Source: Pseudomonadota bacterium (lineage in GTDB: Bacteria; Vulcanimicrobiota; Xenobia; RGZZ01). Taken from it: a stretch of DNA of 45,483 nucleotides. The position numbers and the translations under genes were made by a program. The stretch is from positions 1 through 45,483 of the forward strand of contig RGZZ01000002.1 of assembly GCA_010028905.1 (NCBI GenBank), written 5' to 3'. This document shows, piece after piece, positions 44,511-45,483 of the stretch (positions are counted from its first letter, which is position 1; each line of letters begins with the position of its first letter). The notes under the pieces are model-generated. The model did not search any database. It had not been told where the DNA came from and saw only the letters and a list, made by a program, of their open reading frames with translations.

Positions 44511-45483
44511 ATGCGCCCGCTGCCCTCGATGACAGAGACAGTCGCGATCCGGCGCGTCAAGGGGCGGTACCAGATCAAGCGTCTCCTCGCGTCAGGAGGG
44601 CAGTGTCGGGTCTATCTCGCCCTCGATGAGGCCCACGCGGGACGTCGTGTCGTTCTCAAGAACCTCAAGATCCGCTCGTCAGCCAGTGCTGACGCACAGA
44701 GCGAGGTCAGCCTCTTCCGGCAGGAAGGCCTCATCCTCTCAAGGGTAGCCCACCCTTCGCTGCCCGCGTTCGTCGATGCCTTTGAAGATGAGGGCGGCCA
44801 CTATGTCGTCGAGGAGTTCGTCGGTGACGTAACCCTCGAGTCGCGATTGCGGCGAACCGCGCGGGGGCTCGATGCGAAGGAGGTCGCGTGGGTCGGGCAC
44901 CGCCTTCTCGATCTCCTGGTCGCCCTCCACGGTCAGCATCCGGCCATTCTCCTGCGAGACATCAAGCCGAGCAACATCATGTGTCTCATCGATGGTCATG
45001 GGGTGGTTCGCCGCGATGCGGAGGTCTGGTTCATCGACCTCACCATCGCCCAGGAGTACGTTCCCAACCGCGCCGACGAGGTGAAGATGGGGACGCCGGG
45101 GTATGCTCCTCCAGAGCAGTACCGTGGCCGGACACAGCCGAGCAGCGACCTCTACGCACTGGGGGTCACGATGTTCGCGGCCCTCACCGGGCACGAGCCC
45201 GCGAAGACCCCCTTTCGTCTGCCGCCTCTCTCAACGCTCCGAGACGATCTCTCGCAGGGCTGGGAGGACTTCTTCGCCAGGGCCTGTGCCCTCGACCCCG
45301 CATCGCGCTTTGCCACAGCGAGGGAGATGCGTGCCGCTCTCGAGCGGCTCATGGCTCCAGCCGCCTGCGCCGGTCCGATCGACATGGGTCGACGAGCGGC
45401 CCGACGCGGCAGGCGTCTCATGCCCAGCGGCTCGTTTGGCCTGTTGATCACGGTGGCGGCCCTGGTGGTGCTCATCGCTGTCG
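44511..45483 (+). CDS. Ser/Thr protein kinase-like protein with non-canonical catalytic motifs, 3'-partial (runs off the window)
   Basis: This ORF is absent from the supplied track because no stop is reached. My manual translation gives YQIKRLLASGGQCRVYLA, VVLKNL, LLRDIKPSNIM, IDLTIAQ and GTPGYAPPEQ, then a hydrophobic C-terminal segment (FGLLITVAALVVLIAV) at the window edge. The start codon is uncertain. Confidence 0.75.
   Translation, partial: MRPLPSMTETVAIRRVKGRYQIKRLLASGGQCRVYLALDEAHAGRRVVLKNLKIRSSASADAQSEVSLFRQEGLILSRVAHPSLPAFVDAFEDEGGHYVVEEFVGDVTLESRLRRTARGLDAKEVAWVGHRLLDLLVALHGQHPAILLRDIKPSNIMCLIDGHGVVRRDAEVWFIDLTIAQEYVPNRADEVKMGTPGYAPPEQYRGRTQPSSDLYALGVTMFAALTGHEPAKTPFRLPPLSTLRDDLSQGWEDFFARACALDPASRFATAREMRAALERLMAPAACAGPIDMGRRAARRGRRLMPSGSFGLLITVAALVVLIAV

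Noticed and set aside
1-45483. Mobile elements, prophage, a defence island or horizontally acquired segments.
   Set aside because: I saw no integrase, transposase or recombinase motifs, no flanking direct repeats or tRNA targets, and no abrupt compositional change apart from short intergenic AT-richer gaps.

Overview
This is a GC-rich bacterial chromosomal window, densely coding on both strands. I found no rRNA, tRNA, CRISPR array, transposase or integrase.

The housekeeping backbone runs lptB, an LptF/G permease, secA, prfB, hisC, priA, def-fmt, rlmN and metK. Envelope and signalling genes sit between them. LptB/LptFG together with a 1074-aa protein made of an SLH domain, a coiled coil and a beta-barrel point to a diderm with an SLH-tethered outer membrane. 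That envelope type is known from Cyanobacteria/Melainabacteria, Deinococcota, Negativicutes and Armatimonadota-like lineages, but I cannot place the taxon from sequence alone.

Two recoding or integrity events stand out:
- prfB carries the classical +1 programmed frameshift site (AAGGAG TAT CTT TGA C).
- secA is split into two frames at about 6749, and most of the conserved (A/G)VTIATNM segment that normally precedes AGRG is missing.

The two most unusual regions are:
1. 31.0-41.6 kb: an orphan PilC/GspF gene and a GAF-cyclase gene converge on a six-gene minus-strand operon. The operon encodes a TPR-HD-GYP protein, an AMIN-domain amidase, a zinc-ribbon/YbjN-like fusion, two prepilin-type pseudopilins and a 721-aa PilX/GspK-like protein with a beta-helix tail. 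The window contains no ATPase, secretin, prepilin peptidase or major pilin.
2. 41.7-45.5 kb: a low-complexity protein (4 x 11-residue repeats, a glycine zipper, a Q/M-rich segment, MGMPG repeats and a poly-His tail) with its own strong terminator. It is followed by a 593-aa helical-repeat zinc-ribbon protein and a Ser/Thr kinase with non-canonical catalytic motifs.

Other points: an ECF sigma factor is paired with an anti-sigma factor carrying a duplicated HxxxCxxC module. A coding 18-bp x 9 tandem repeat lies in a secreted protein. Long structured leaders precede the SLH-OMP gene and metK.

All functional calls rest on motifs I recognised in the translated ORFs. No database search was run.
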